Shown in pieces: positions 1 to 9,503 of a stretch of DNA of 64,000 bases. Position numbers and translations under genes: made by a program. The notes below the pieces were generated by a model, which saw only the letters and a program-made list of their open reading frames with translations, was not told where the DNA came from and ran no database searches. Source of the DNA: a virus (lineage: Duplodnaviria; Caudoviricetes); IMG/VR virus record IMGVR_UViG_3300031813_000004, positions 32,001 through 96,000 of that record. One strand, 5' to 3'. How positions within the stretch are numbered: position 1 is the first letter of the stretch; every line of letters begins with the position of its first letter.

Positions 1-1
1 A

Positions 2-1171
2 CTTAGAGATGAATTACAAAGAAATACTGTTGAATATATGTTAACTCATGATAATGGAATACTTAAATGTTCACCTGGTAGTGGAAAAACAGTAATTTCA
101 ATACATGTTGTATGCCAATTAAAGAAGAAAACATTTATACTTTGCCATAGAACTGAACTTGTAAACCAATGGACAGGATTTGAATGTGGAGAAAAACCTC
201 ATGGATTCTTGACTTATACAAATATTAAAGAAGATGAAATTGGAATTTTAAGTTCTAAAAATTATAAAGAAGTTTTAAAGAAAAAAATTATAGTTTGTAC
301 AGACCAAACATTTACATCTCTTCTGAGAAGAAATAGGCAAGAGTTTTTAATTGAGTTAAATAAAAGTAATATTAGTGTAATGATTGCAGATGAAATACAC
401 ACATCTATAGGTGCACCAACATTTTCTGAATGCAGTTTGCATATGCCAGTTAAGAAAATATTTGGTTTATCTGCTACACCAAATAGAACTGATGGAACTG
501 ATAATATTATTCAATATCATCTAGGACCGATATATGTTCCAGAAGGAACATCTTCTACAATGAATACAAGAGTTACAGTTTTGTTTTTTGATTTTGAAAT
601 TATTAAAGGTAGAGAAAAATATATGTACTGGGAGGGAAAATTTCAAAGATCGAGATATTTAAATTTAATTAAAAATTCAAAACCTTTTATGGGAATAATT
701 ATTGGATTATTAAATAAATTTGTAGATGACCAAAGGAATATAATTTGTGTGGCTGAAAGAATTAAATTAATAGATAAATTATTTGATGAAATAAAAACAG
801 ATAATAAAGCAAAATTTATATCTGGGTCTAGTTCTGAAAATTTAAATAAACAAGTTGTATTATTAACACCAGGCCGCGGAAGGGATGGTTTGGACATACC
901 TAAAAAAGATTGTCTATTAATGACTTCTCCAATTTCTAATATTACACAAATGATTGGACGTGTAATTAGACAATCAAAAAATAAAAAAGAACCAATTACA
1001 GTCGATCTTGTTGATATTGGTTGTAAGGAAATTTCTAAAACTTTATTTGATAGGATTGAATTTTATAATGAAAAAAAATGGTCAATTAAATTTATTTATA
1101 TAAATGATAAAGGTGAAAAGACAGAATTAGATCAAATACAAGTTTTAAAATTATTACAGGAGAATCAATAA
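2..1171 (+). CDS. Superfamily 2 DNA helicase (UvsW/XPB-like), 5'-truncated by window edge
   Basis: Frame open from base 2 (LRDELQ Q-motif); Walker A SPGSGKT, DEIH, SAT, DGLDIP, QMIGRVIR motifs. Confidence 0.88.
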   Translation, partial: LRDELQRNTVEYMLTHDNGILKCSPGSGKTVISIHVVCQLKKKTFILCHRTELVNQWTGFECGEKPHGFLTYTNIKEDEIGILSSKNYKEVLKKKIIVCTDQTFTSLLRRNRQEFLIELNKSNISVMIADEIHTSIGAPTFSECSLHMPVKKIFGLSATPNRTDGTDNIIQYHLGPIYVPEGTSSTMNTRVTVLFFDFEIIKGREKYMYWEGKFQRSRYLNLIKNSKPFMGIIIGLLNKFVDDQRNIICVAERIKLIDKLFDEIKTDNKAKFISGSSSENLNKQVVLLTPGRGRDGLDIPKKDCLLMTSPISNITQMIGRVIRQSKNKKEPITVDLVDIGCKEISKTLFDRIEFYNEKKWSIKFIYINDKGEKTELDQIQVLKLLQENQ

Positions 1172-1560
1172 TGAATTTAGTTGAAATAAGAGAAAAAGTT
1201 ATTAAAGAGAATAATAGTAATCTTAAAAGAATAAGCGATTCTATTTCAATTATGACAAAATATGATTTTAAAGATGTTTGTGAATGTATTAAACATCTAG
1301 TTAAACAAAGTAATGATCATGATTATGTATATAGATCAATAAATAATAATATTAAAACATATGAATATTTAATTACATCAATTTCTAGATTTGCTTTTAA
1401 GGATGAAATTAAAAAATTGAATATAATTAAAGAAATGGTTGAAGAAATTGATAAAAAAAATAATATTAAATGGAAAATTATAAATAATGATTTAGATATT
1501 TTGAAAGAAATATGTATAAATAATTGTATAGATAAATGTGAATTTAGTAAAAATTTTTAA
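1171..1560 (+). CDS. Hypothetical protein
   Basis: ORF with AGGAG SD, coupled to helicase stop. Confidence 0.6.
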   Translation: MNLVEIREKVIKENNSNLKRISDSISIMTKYDFKDVCECIKHLVKQSNDHDYVYRSINNNIKTYEYLITSISRFAFKDEIKKLNIIKEMVEEIDKKNNIKWKIINNDLDILKEICINNCIDKCEFSKNF

Positions 1561-1573
1561 AGGAGAATCAATA

Positions 1574-1942
1574 ATGACACTTGGAGATATATTAAAAGAA
1601 AGAAAAAGAAATTCTGAATTAGCAGAAGAAAAAAGAAATAAAGAAATTGAATTAAAACAACTAGAAACAAATAAACTTCAACATAAAATTGTTGTTAAAT
1701 ATTTTGAGGACTTAAAAGTTAAAATTACAAAAGATATTAAAGAAAATTATAATAGAGATTTAACATACCATGACATAAAAAAATCATTAACTTTTATACC
1801 ATTTCCTTTTTATGAAGAACCTGTGTGGGGAGAATATAAATATGCATGGGATAGATTTGTATCTTGGGCACTAAGTGAAGGATTACTAGCAAGTCTTGAA
1901 AATTATGAATGGACTATCAAGGGAAGCAGGACCTGGAGTTAG
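1574..1942 (+). CDS. Hypothetical protein
   Basis: AAGGAG SD before ATG 1574 (start shortened versus ORF track). Confidence 0.6.
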   Translation: MTLGDILKERKRNSELAEEKRNKEIELKQLETNKLQHKIVVKYFEDLKVKITKDIKENYNRDLTYHDIKKSLTFIPFPFYEEPVWGEYKYAWDRFVSWALSEGLLASLENYEWTIKGSRTWS

Positions 1943-1979
1943 TTATAAAATTATTAAATTATATATAAAGGATTAATCA

Positions 1980-2363
1980 ATGACTAATGAAGATGCAGGT
2001 TTACAATCAATTGTATTTATTCCTCTCGATACAGATATAACTAAAAAAGTAGATGAAAATTGGGAAAAGATTCATAATTATTTAGGCAATATTTATGATA
2101 GTGAAGAATTAATAAATTCAGCTAAATCTTATATTTCATCTGATTTAATTGATATTAGAGAAAATAATAATTTTGAATATTATGACGCAGAAGATTTAGT
2201 TGAAATTTGTAAAATCCTTGGATATTATTTAATTGATATTTCTGATGAAGTTTTTATAACTAATATTGCATATGGACCTTGCTTGGAGAATTTGAAGAGA
2301 TTAATAGGAGACCAAATTAGAAAAGAAGAACGAGAAAGAGCTTGTAAAATTATAGAATTATAG
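1980..2363 (+). CDS. Hypothetical protein
   Basis: ORF with SD; acidic. Confidence 0.55.
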   Translation: MTNEDAGLQSIVFIPLDTDITKKVDENWEKIHNYLGNIYDSEELINSAKSYISSDLIDIRENNNFEYYDAEDLVEICKILGYYLIDISDEVFITNIAYGPCLENLKRLIGDQIRKEERERACKIIEL

Positions 2364-2449
2364 ATGATTATTGGTGTTGTTCTAAAGATCTTAAATCAAT
2401 TATTATAAATAATGAACCAATATGTACAAGACAATTTAGGAGTTATAAT

Positions 2450-2683
2450 ATGAATATTGAAATTTTTAAAGAAACATATCATCTATTGTATATTGAGTTA
2501 TTTAAAGGATTAGAAGAAGAATATTTTAATAAAAGTGAGATTGAAGAAATGTTATTAACTGCAAATTATACCATATCTGAAGATAAATTAGAAGTTGAAT
2601 ATAGTGAGGGATCAAAAGATTTTTATCTTATTGAGTCAAAACCAATTCTAAAATTAATTGATAAAATTTGGGGGGATAAATAG
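2450..2683 (+). CDS. Hypothetical protein
   Basis: AGGAG SD, ORF. Confidence 0.55.
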   Translation: MNIEIFKETYHLLYIELFKGLEEEYFNKSEIEEMLLTANYTISEDKLEVEYSEGSKDFYLIESKPILKLIDKIWGDK

Positions 2684-2698
2684 GAGATTTAAAATAAT

Positions 2699-3034
2699 AT
2701 GGAATTTGATTTATATGCATTAAAAGTTTTAATAGCATGTATTACATCCCATTATATTGCAGATTTTACTTTAAATAATGATTTTATTGATAGTAATAAA
2801 GGAAAAAATGATTATATCTTATTTGCACATTGTTTTATATGGGCAGGATTAATTTGTTATATTTTAGATTTATATGGTGTTTTTCATTATTGGAAATTTC
2901 CATTCTTACTGATAGGGCATTTCTTTATTGATAGATATAAAGCAAGAAAACAAGATAAAACAAATTCAATGACTAAAGATTTATGGATAGATCAATTCAT
3001 GCATTTTATACAAATCCTAATAGTATTATTTTAA
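2699..3034 (+). CDS. DUF3307-like membrane protein
   Basis: HYIADF..HC..HFFID..DQFMH histidine pattern and hydrophobic helices. Confidence 0.7.
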   Translation: MEFDLYALKVLIACITSHYIADFTLNNDFIDSNKGKNDYILFAHCFIWAGLICYILDLYGVFHYWKFPFLLIGHFFIDRYKARKQDKTNSMTKDLWIDQFMHFIQILIVLF

Positions 3035-3049
3035 AAAGGAGAAGAATAA

Positions 3050-3256
3050 ATGATTAAAATTGACGTTTCACAACTTCCATGTTATATTAAGGATTGTATC
3101 GTAGAAAACCCAAATGAAGCTAAATTTGTAATTGATAGTTTGGGAAATGTACATTATATTGAGGAAGTATTTGAAAGTCATATTACGACAAAAGAAGGAA
3201 TTGAATTAAGATATGATAATGGAGTTAGAGGAAAGTTAACTTTTGTTAGTAGATAA
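3050..3256 (+). CDS. Hypothetical protein
   Basis: AAGGAG SD, ORF. Confidence 0.55.
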   Translation: MIKIDVSQLPCYIKDCIVENPNEAKFVIDSLGNVHYIEEVFESHITTKEGIELRYDNGVRGKLTFVSR

Positions 3257-3266
3257 AGGAGAATCT

Positions 3267-4271
3267 ATGTTAGCAGCATATACAGCCGATTGGCATTTAA
3301 GCGGCTTTGGACAGGATAAGATTATAGAAAATTTACCGTTAAGATTATATGAGAAACAAAAAGCATTATATCATATGGCCGATTATTGTACTTCAAATAA
3401 TATTAAAAATATGATTATAGCAGGTGATTTACTCCACAACAAATCTATTATATATAATACAGCAATCAATATTTTACTAGAATTTTTCAGAAAGTATAAT
3501 AATTTGCATTTCTACTCTATAGATGGAAATCATGATTTATCAGGACGTGGTGATGTTGTTGTATCAGCTTTATCATGTTTAAAAAATGAATCTAATGTTA
3601 CATGGATTCCATTTGATTCACAATTACAAGTTGAAAATATATTTATGGTTCCTTATTCAAGTGATATTGTAAGTAAAATTAAAAATGGAAGATCAGACTA
3701 TTTATGCAGTCACCTCGGATTGGATGAAGGGATTTTAGCTAGCGGGCTAAGTTTAAAATCGGATATCAGTTTAAAGGATCTTATAGGAAGATATAAGAAG
3801 GTTATTCTTGGGCATTATCACACAGTCCAGCAGATAGTCCGAGATGATATTGAAGTCTGGTACACCGGAAGTTTAACTCAAGATACTTGGAACGATCGAG
3901 ATGAGAAGAGATTTTTGATTATTGATTCTGAGAAACATACAATTCAATCAATACCAACTGAAGGGTATACAAAACATTATCAATTTAATATTACAAATGA
4001 AAATAAAACTGAAATATTCAATGAAGCAACAAAATTAAAGGCAGAAGGTCATAATGTTAAAATTGTAAAAAATGGAATTATTGATACCACGAACTTTTCA
4101 GATGAATTTATTATTGTTGACAAAACTGAAATTGATATAACAAATCGTGGAATAAACTCTAGTATGTCTGCATCTGAAAAATTAGAAAAATTTATGAATA
4201 TTAAAAAAATACCTGAAAATGAATTAGAAGAATATAAGAAAATGGCTCTTGAAATAATTTCATCTTGTTAA
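3267..4271 (+). CDS. SbcD/Mre11-like nuclease (T4 gp47-like)
   Basis: ADWH, GDLL, GNHD, GHYH metallophosphoesterase motifs; precedes SbcC-like gene; SD before ATG 3267. Confidence 0.9.
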   Translation: MLAAYTADWHLSGFGQDKIIENLPLRLYEKQKALYHMADYCTSNNIKNMIIAGDLLHNKSIIYNTAINILLEFFRKYNNLHFYSIDGNHDLSGRGDVVVSALSCLKNESNVTWIPFDSQLQVENIFMVPYSSDIVSKIKNGRSDYLCSHLGLDEGILASGLSLKSDISLKDLIGRYKKVILGHYHTVQQIVRDDIEVWYTGSLTQDTWNDRDEKRFLIIDSEKHTIQSIPTEGYTKHYQFNITNENKTEIFNEATKLKAEGHNVKIVKNGIIDTTNFSDEFIIVDKTEIDITNRGINSSMSASEKLEKFMNIKKIPENELEEYKKMALEIISSC

Positions 4272-4391
4272 TATGTGTAATCATAAAATAATAAAAATAT
4301 ATTTTAATAGTAAAATGATAATATGTTTAAAATGTGAAAAAAGATTATATACATTTGAATACCTTGAAACTAAAAGGAGATTTAAATTAAA

Positions 4392-5313
4392 ATGAAGTTG
4401 TGTGAATGTGGTTGTGGAATAGAAGTTGCTAATAATAAAAATAAATTTATAACTGGTCATAATATGTATTTAAGACCTATAAAAGAAAAAATTAAACCAA
4501 CAAAATTATGTGAGTGTGGGTGTAAAGAAATTGTAAGTAATGACAAAAATAGATTTATAAGAGGTCATAGATTTAGAATAAAAGCTAGTAAAGAAATTTT
4601 AGAGAAAAGAGAAGAAACTAGATCTAAAAATAAAGGAAAAATTAAAGAAATTAAATTATGTAAATGTGGTTGTGGTGAATATACTAAGCCGGGGAATAAT
4701 TATATATTTGGACATTCAAGAAGAAAAAATAAAACAATACAATTATGTAATTGTGGTTGTGGAGAGTATACAAAGCCGGGAAATATATTTATAACTGGGC
4801 ATAATGGAGTAGGGACATTTAGAACAGATGAGACAAAGAAAAAGATGGGAGATTGGCAAAAAAGAGAAAATAATCCGAATTGGAAAAGGAGGAATGACAA
4901 AAGATAGTAATGGATATATTTATTTACATAAACCTGATTATCCAGGTAGTGACAAAACTGGGTATATTTTTGAACATAGATATGTAATGGAACAACATAT
5001 AGGAAGACTATTAACTAATAAAGAAATAGTACATCATAAAAATGAAATTGTTGATGATAATAGAATTGAGAATTTACAATTAATGACATATACTGAACAC
5101 TGTTTATTACATAAAATGTGGTTAAAAAGTACTAAATTTGGTCCAGAAAATAAGAATTATGGATCTATTGTAATACATAATAATTTAAATAAAATTAAAA
5201 TGATAAAACCAGAATTATTAGGAAAATATATTTTAGAAGGATGGATTAAAGGTGGTGTTAAAAGGAAGAATAATTTATCAGAAGATCAATTATTTAAGGA
5301 GAACCATGAGTGA
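4392..5313 (+). mobile_element. Free-standing HNH homing endonuclease, split by a +1 frameshift at 4884-4887
   Basis: ORF 4392-4907 has four CxCGC..GH repeats and a NUMOD3-like ETKKKM..NNPNWK segment; ORF to 5313 has GY..EHRYVME..VHHKN..DNRIENL HNH motif; removing one A joins them as NPNWKGGMTKDSNGY. Confidence 0.8.
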
Positions 5314-7676
5314 GAAATGTAAATTTTATAGAAGCAGGATGCCAAAACTTTTGTAATTATATAGAACCAATAGTTTTAAAAATACAAAGTGGTAAAATGA
5401 CCTTAGTAACTGGCCCAAATGGATGTGGTAAGACAAATTTGTTTGAAACCATTCCATATGCTTTATATGGAAGTGCAAGTAAATCACTTAAAGGAAATGA
5501 TGTAATAAATGATAAGATTGGAAAAGATTGTTATGTATATTTCATATGGGAAGAAAATAATGATATATTTAAAGTTGAAAGATATCGAGGGCATAAAAAG
5601 TTTAATGATTCAGTTTTATTAAGTAAAAATAATATTAACATCAAAAGAGGAGATACTGAAGTAACTAAAGAAATTGAAAGATTAGTTTGTACCCAAAAGT
5701 TATTTATGAATACTATTTATTTCGCTCAAAAAACTCGAGCCTTTTTTACTGAATTGGGAGATAGCGATCAAAAAGAAATATTTCGTAAAATACTTAATCT
5801 TGATGAGTATACCAATTATTATGACGAAACATCAAAAAGACTTAAAGAAGAAAATAAACTCAGCGATCAATTAACAAATAGGATTGAAATAAATAAGTCA
5901 GTTACAATAGATAACCATCAACAAATAGAAAATGCTATTAAACAACAAATTGAATTTAATAAAAAGAAAATAGAAGAAATAGAAGAATTAGAATATAACT
6001 TGAATAAACTTAAAACATCCAAAACTCAATTAGAAAAAGATATTAATTCATTACCAAATGATATAGATAATAAAATAACTGAAATAAAAACCCAAATTCA
6101 AGAAATACAAAATCAACTTAGAATTAAAGAAATAGAAAAGAATACTCAAAAACAAGAATCAATTAATAAAGCTAATTTGAAAGCGTCTGAATTTAAAAAT
6201 TCAATTCTTGGTGAAAAATCATCAATTGATGTAGAAAAATCTGATACAGTTAATACTTTAGTACAAAGAAGAGAAGAATTTACTAATACCTTTAATAAAG
6301 AAATATCTATTGTTGAAGCTGAAAAAAATAAATTGTTAAATGGACTAAATTTTAATAAAGAAGAATCACATAAATATCAAATATCAAAAAGAGCAATACA
6401 ATCAGAATCAGAAAATGAAAGGAGAAATGGAGATTCATTAGGATTAAATATTTCTAAATTAGAAATTGAAATTAGAAATGATAAAAATATATTAGAAAAA
6501 GATGAAATTGTATGTGAATTATGTAAGCAAGTTGTAGGAAAAGATAAGATTATTCATATACAAGATCATATCAAAAATAAAGAAAATAAATTAAAAGAAT
6601 GGAATTTAGAATTTAATAATATATTAATTAAGTGTAGAGATCTAAAATTAAAAGAAATTGAAGTTGATGAAGTAATAAAAAAAATTGAAAAAGAAATAGA
6701 AATTAAAACTACATCAATAGAATTAGAGGCAAAAAATAAAATAAATGAAATAAAAGAAAAAATAGAAGAAATGTCAGATGAAATAACTAGAGAAATTCAA
6801 TTTTTAGAAATAACAGCAAAAAATAAAAGAGATGAATTAGATATAAAATTACAAGAAGCACTAAATAAATTAAAATTAAAATTAAATGAGTATCATAAAA
6901 ATATTGAAGAGATTTTTAATGATAATATAGCATCTAAAAATTTAACAATACAAAATTTTAATTTAGATTTAGATAGATTAAATATTTTACAAAGAACTAA
7001 AAAAGAAAGAGAATCTGAATTAAATGAAATACTAAATAAAATAAATAATATTGAATCACAAATTAAAAATAAACAAAGTTCTGAATATGACAAAGAAATA
7101 ATTACTTCATTAAAACATAGAGAAAAACAATTAAATGAAGAATTAGTTGAAATTATAAAAAATAAGAAAATCATAGATAAGAAAATAACTATGTTAGAAT
7201 TTTGGAAAAATGGATTTTCTCCATCTGGGATACCTAATATGCTCATAGACGAGAGCATACCATTCATGAATTTTAAGGTTAATGAATATTTAGAAAAAAT
7301 AAGTGGAGGAAGATATATAGTTTCATTTGATACAATGAAAGAAAATAAATCTGGAGACTTTAAAGATAAAATTTCAGTAAATGTTTTAGATACATTAACT
7401 AAAGCAAGTTCAAGAAAGAAATTATCTGGTGGACAAACAAGGATTGTTGATATCGCAACTATATTAACGCTATCTGATTTACAATGTTTAACTCAAGATA
7501 TTAAATTCAATATATTATTATTCGATGAAATATTTGACTCTTTGGATGATGAAAATATTGGATATGTTTCAAAGATATTAAGATTATTAGCAAAAGATAA
7601 AAGTATTTTCTTGATCTCTCATAGGCATGTAGATCAAATCGAGGCTGATGAAGTTTTATCGTTTTTCAATAAATAG
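5310..7676 (+). CDS. SbcC/Rad50-like ATPase (T4 gp46-like)
   Basis: GPNGCGKT, long coiled coil with CELC zinc hook, LSGGQ signature, FDEIFDSLD, ISH. Confidence 0.93.
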   Translation: MRNVNFIEAGCQNFCNYIEPIVLKIQSGKMTLVTGPNGCGKTNLFETIPYALYGSASKSLKGNDVINDKIGKDCYVYFIWEENNDIFKVERYRGHKKFNDSVLLSKNNINIKRGDTEVTKEIERLVCTQKLFMNTIYFAQKTRAFFTELGDSDQKEIFRKILNLDEYTNYYDETSKRLKEENKLSDQLTNRIEINKSVTIDNHQQIENAIKQQIEFNKKKIEEIEELEYNLNKLKTSKTQLEKDINSLPNDIDNKITEIKTQIQEIQNQLRIKEIEKNTQKQESINKANLKASEFKNSILGEKSSIDVEKSDTVNTLVQRREEFTNTFNKEISIVEAEKNKLLNGLNFNKEESHKYQISKRAIQSESENERRNGDSLGLNISKLEIEIRNDKNILEKDEIVCELCKQVVGKDKIIHIQDHIKNKENKLKEWNLEFNNILIKCRDLKLKEIEVDEVIKKIEKEIEIKTTSIELEAKNKINEIKEKIEEMSDEITREIQFLEITAKNKRDELDIKLQEALNKLKLKLNEYHKNIEEIFNDNIASKNLTIQNFNLDLDRLNILQRTKKERESELNEILNKINNIESQIKNKQSSEYDKEIITSLKHREKQLNEELVEIIKNKKIIDKKITMLEFWKNGFSPSGIPNMLIDESIPFMNFKVNEYLEKISGGRYIVSFDTMKENKSGDFKDKISVNVLDTLTKASSRKKLSGGQTRIVDIATILTLSDLQCLTQDIKFNILLFDEIFDSLDDENIGYVSKILRLLAKDKSIFLISHRHVDQIEADEVLSFFNK

Positions 7677-7684
7677 GAGAGAAT

Positions 7685-7927
7685 ATGGAATTACCAGATC
7701 CATATGATTTATTTAAACGCGCAGAAGATCTTGTTAATAAAATGGATGAAGTTCATAATGACCCACAATTTAAATCTGTATGGGTTTTAGCTATGATTCA
7801 TGGTAATGCTTATAAAGGAGAAACATATACTTTAGAATTAGAAGCATTAAGAAGAGAACTACTAAAATATAAAGGAGATAACTTAAATGCAACCACAAGG
7901 TATGAAACAACCACAAATGAAAATTAA
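7685..7927 (+). CDS. Hypothetical protein
   Basis: AGGAG SD, ORF. Confidence 0.55.
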   Translation: MELPDPYDLFKRAEDLVNKMDEVHNDPQFKSVWVLAMIHGNAYKGETYTLELEALRRELLKYKGDNLNATTRYETTTNEN

Positions 7928-8108
7928 TATTGATGATTGTCAAGATGTTAAATGTAATAAAGAAGGGTGTGATGGAATTTATTTTAAACAAGTATTAAGA
8001 ATAAAGAAAATTTCTATGATTATTTCTCCAAGTGGTAAAGATGAATATCAACCTATACAAGCTTTGCTATGCACTAAATGTGGTACTGAACTTAATATGG
8101 AGAAATAA
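7887..8108 (+). CDS. Small zinc-ribbon protein
   Basis: CxxxxC and CTKCG pairs; SD. Confidence 0.6.
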   Translation: MQPQGMKQPQMKINIDDCQDVKCNKEGCDGIYFKQVLRIKKISMIISPSGKDEYQPIQALLCTKCGTELNMEK

Positions 8109-8111
8109 AAA

Positions 8112-9149
8112 ATGAATAAAATTAGAATTGCTAATTGGTTATTAACTCGAAGATGCAATCTAAAATGTTCATATTGTAGAATAGCAACAAATTGTAAAAC
8201 TAGACCACATGAATACCCAAGTATGGATTATTATTACAAAAATGAAATGTCAACAGAAACTGTATTACAAGGTTTATCTAATATAAAAAGACATAACCCA
8301 GATTGTTTTAATATTTTCTATGGAGGTGAGCCTTTATTAAGGAAAGATTTACCAGAGATAATTCAATTTTGTAATAATGAGAATATTCATTATACAATAA
8401 TTAGTAATAATTCAGATGGAGTTCAACCAGCAATAAAAGAATTATTTGAAAAAGTAGATGTTATAAAAGGGTTTTCTTCATCTGTGGACCCATTAATATT
8501 TGATCCAAATGTACATAAACATGAAGATAGATATAAAAAAAGTATAGCTGGTTTTGAAAGATTGAAAAGTTTAAAGGGTAAAGTTAAAGATTTAGTCGCA
8601 GAAATAACAGTTAGTAATGAAAATGTATTATATTTATATCCATTAGTTAAAGAACTTTCAGAACATGGTATAAGTAGTAGTATTACATTTATTGATATTG
8701 CCAAAAGTGATTATTATGATTTTTCAAATGTAACAGATAAATCAGCTTTAGTTGAAGCCGGTGGTGAATTATTTATGATTTTTGAAAGAATCATAAATGA
8801 TAAATTAGATGTTCATATGGCTGAAGAATTATTACCACAATTATTTAATAATTTACCAAGTAATTATGATTGTAAATTAGAAGAGAATTTGACTAATATT
8901 ACAATTGATGCAGATTCGACTATGCGAATTTGCTTACGTATTCGTGGTGTTAAAACTCCATCTAACTTTACAGTTTTAAATTTTATAAATGAAAAAAATG
9001 GTCATTTGAAGAATAGCTTTATAAAAGAAATTTGTAATGATAAATTAGATTACTGCTTAAAATGCCACTGGAGCTGTCCGATTATGTCAGATCTCATTGA
9101 CGAAAAGGAGGATTTAGATAGTTTAATTCATTCTACTAAAAGGAGTTAA
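8112..9149 (+). CDS. Radical SAM enzyme
   Basis: CNLKCSYC (CxxxCxxC), GGEP, C-terminal Cys cluster CLKCHWSC. Confidence 0.88.
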   Translation: MNKIRIANWLLTRRCNLKCSYCRIATNCKTRPHEYPSMDYYYKNEMSTETVLQGLSNIKRHNPDCFNIFYGGEPLLRKDLPEIIQFCNNENIHYTIISNNSDGVQPAIKELFEKVDVIKGFSSSVDPLIFDPNVHKHEDRYKKSIAGFERLKSLKGKVKDLVAEITVSNENVLYLYPLVKELSEHGISSSITFIDIAKSDYYDFSNVTDKSALVEAGGELFMIFERIINDKLDVHMAEELLPQLFNNLPSNYDCKLEENLTNITIDADSTMRICLRIRGVKTPSNFTVLNFINEKNGHLKNSFIKEICNDKLDYCLKCHWSCPIMSDLIDEKEDLDSLIHSTKRS

Positions 9150-9168
9150 AATGGAGATTTAAAAAACT

Positions 9169-9471
9169 ATGTCAGATATTATAACAGATGCTATAGAATT
9201 TTTAAAGAAAATTAGATCTGAAAAAGAAGTTAAAATACGTTTTATAAAGAAAGACAATTCAGTTAGATTAATAAAAGCTACTCTTGATTTTAATTTAATT
9301 CCTAAATCTAAACAACCTAAAGGTATTGATTTACCAAAAATACTAAGTTTAATACATAAAAATATTTTACATGTTTTTGATTTAGAAAAACAAGAATGGC
9401 GCAGTATAAATTTTGATAGTGTAGATTATTTGGAAACTACAACAAATCAAAGATTTTATGTGAAGAAATAA
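9169..9471 (+). CDS. WYL-like/SH3 beta-barrel phage protein
   Basis: F.KKD.SVR...ATL and VFDLEKQEWRS pattern. Confidence 0.65.
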   Translation: MSDIITDAIEFLKKIRSEKEVKIRFIKKDNSVRLIKATLDFNLIPKSKQPKGIDLPKILSLIHKNILHVFDLEKQEWRSINFDSVDYLETTTNQRFYVKK

Positions 9472-9503
9472 CTAAATCATTGAATCGTGAATGGGAGAAT
9501 AAT

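Noticed and set aside
8112-9149. QueE assignment for the radical SAM enzyme
   Set aside because: Longer than typical QueE, with a C-terminal Cys cluster and no adjacent que genes; substrate cannot be inferred
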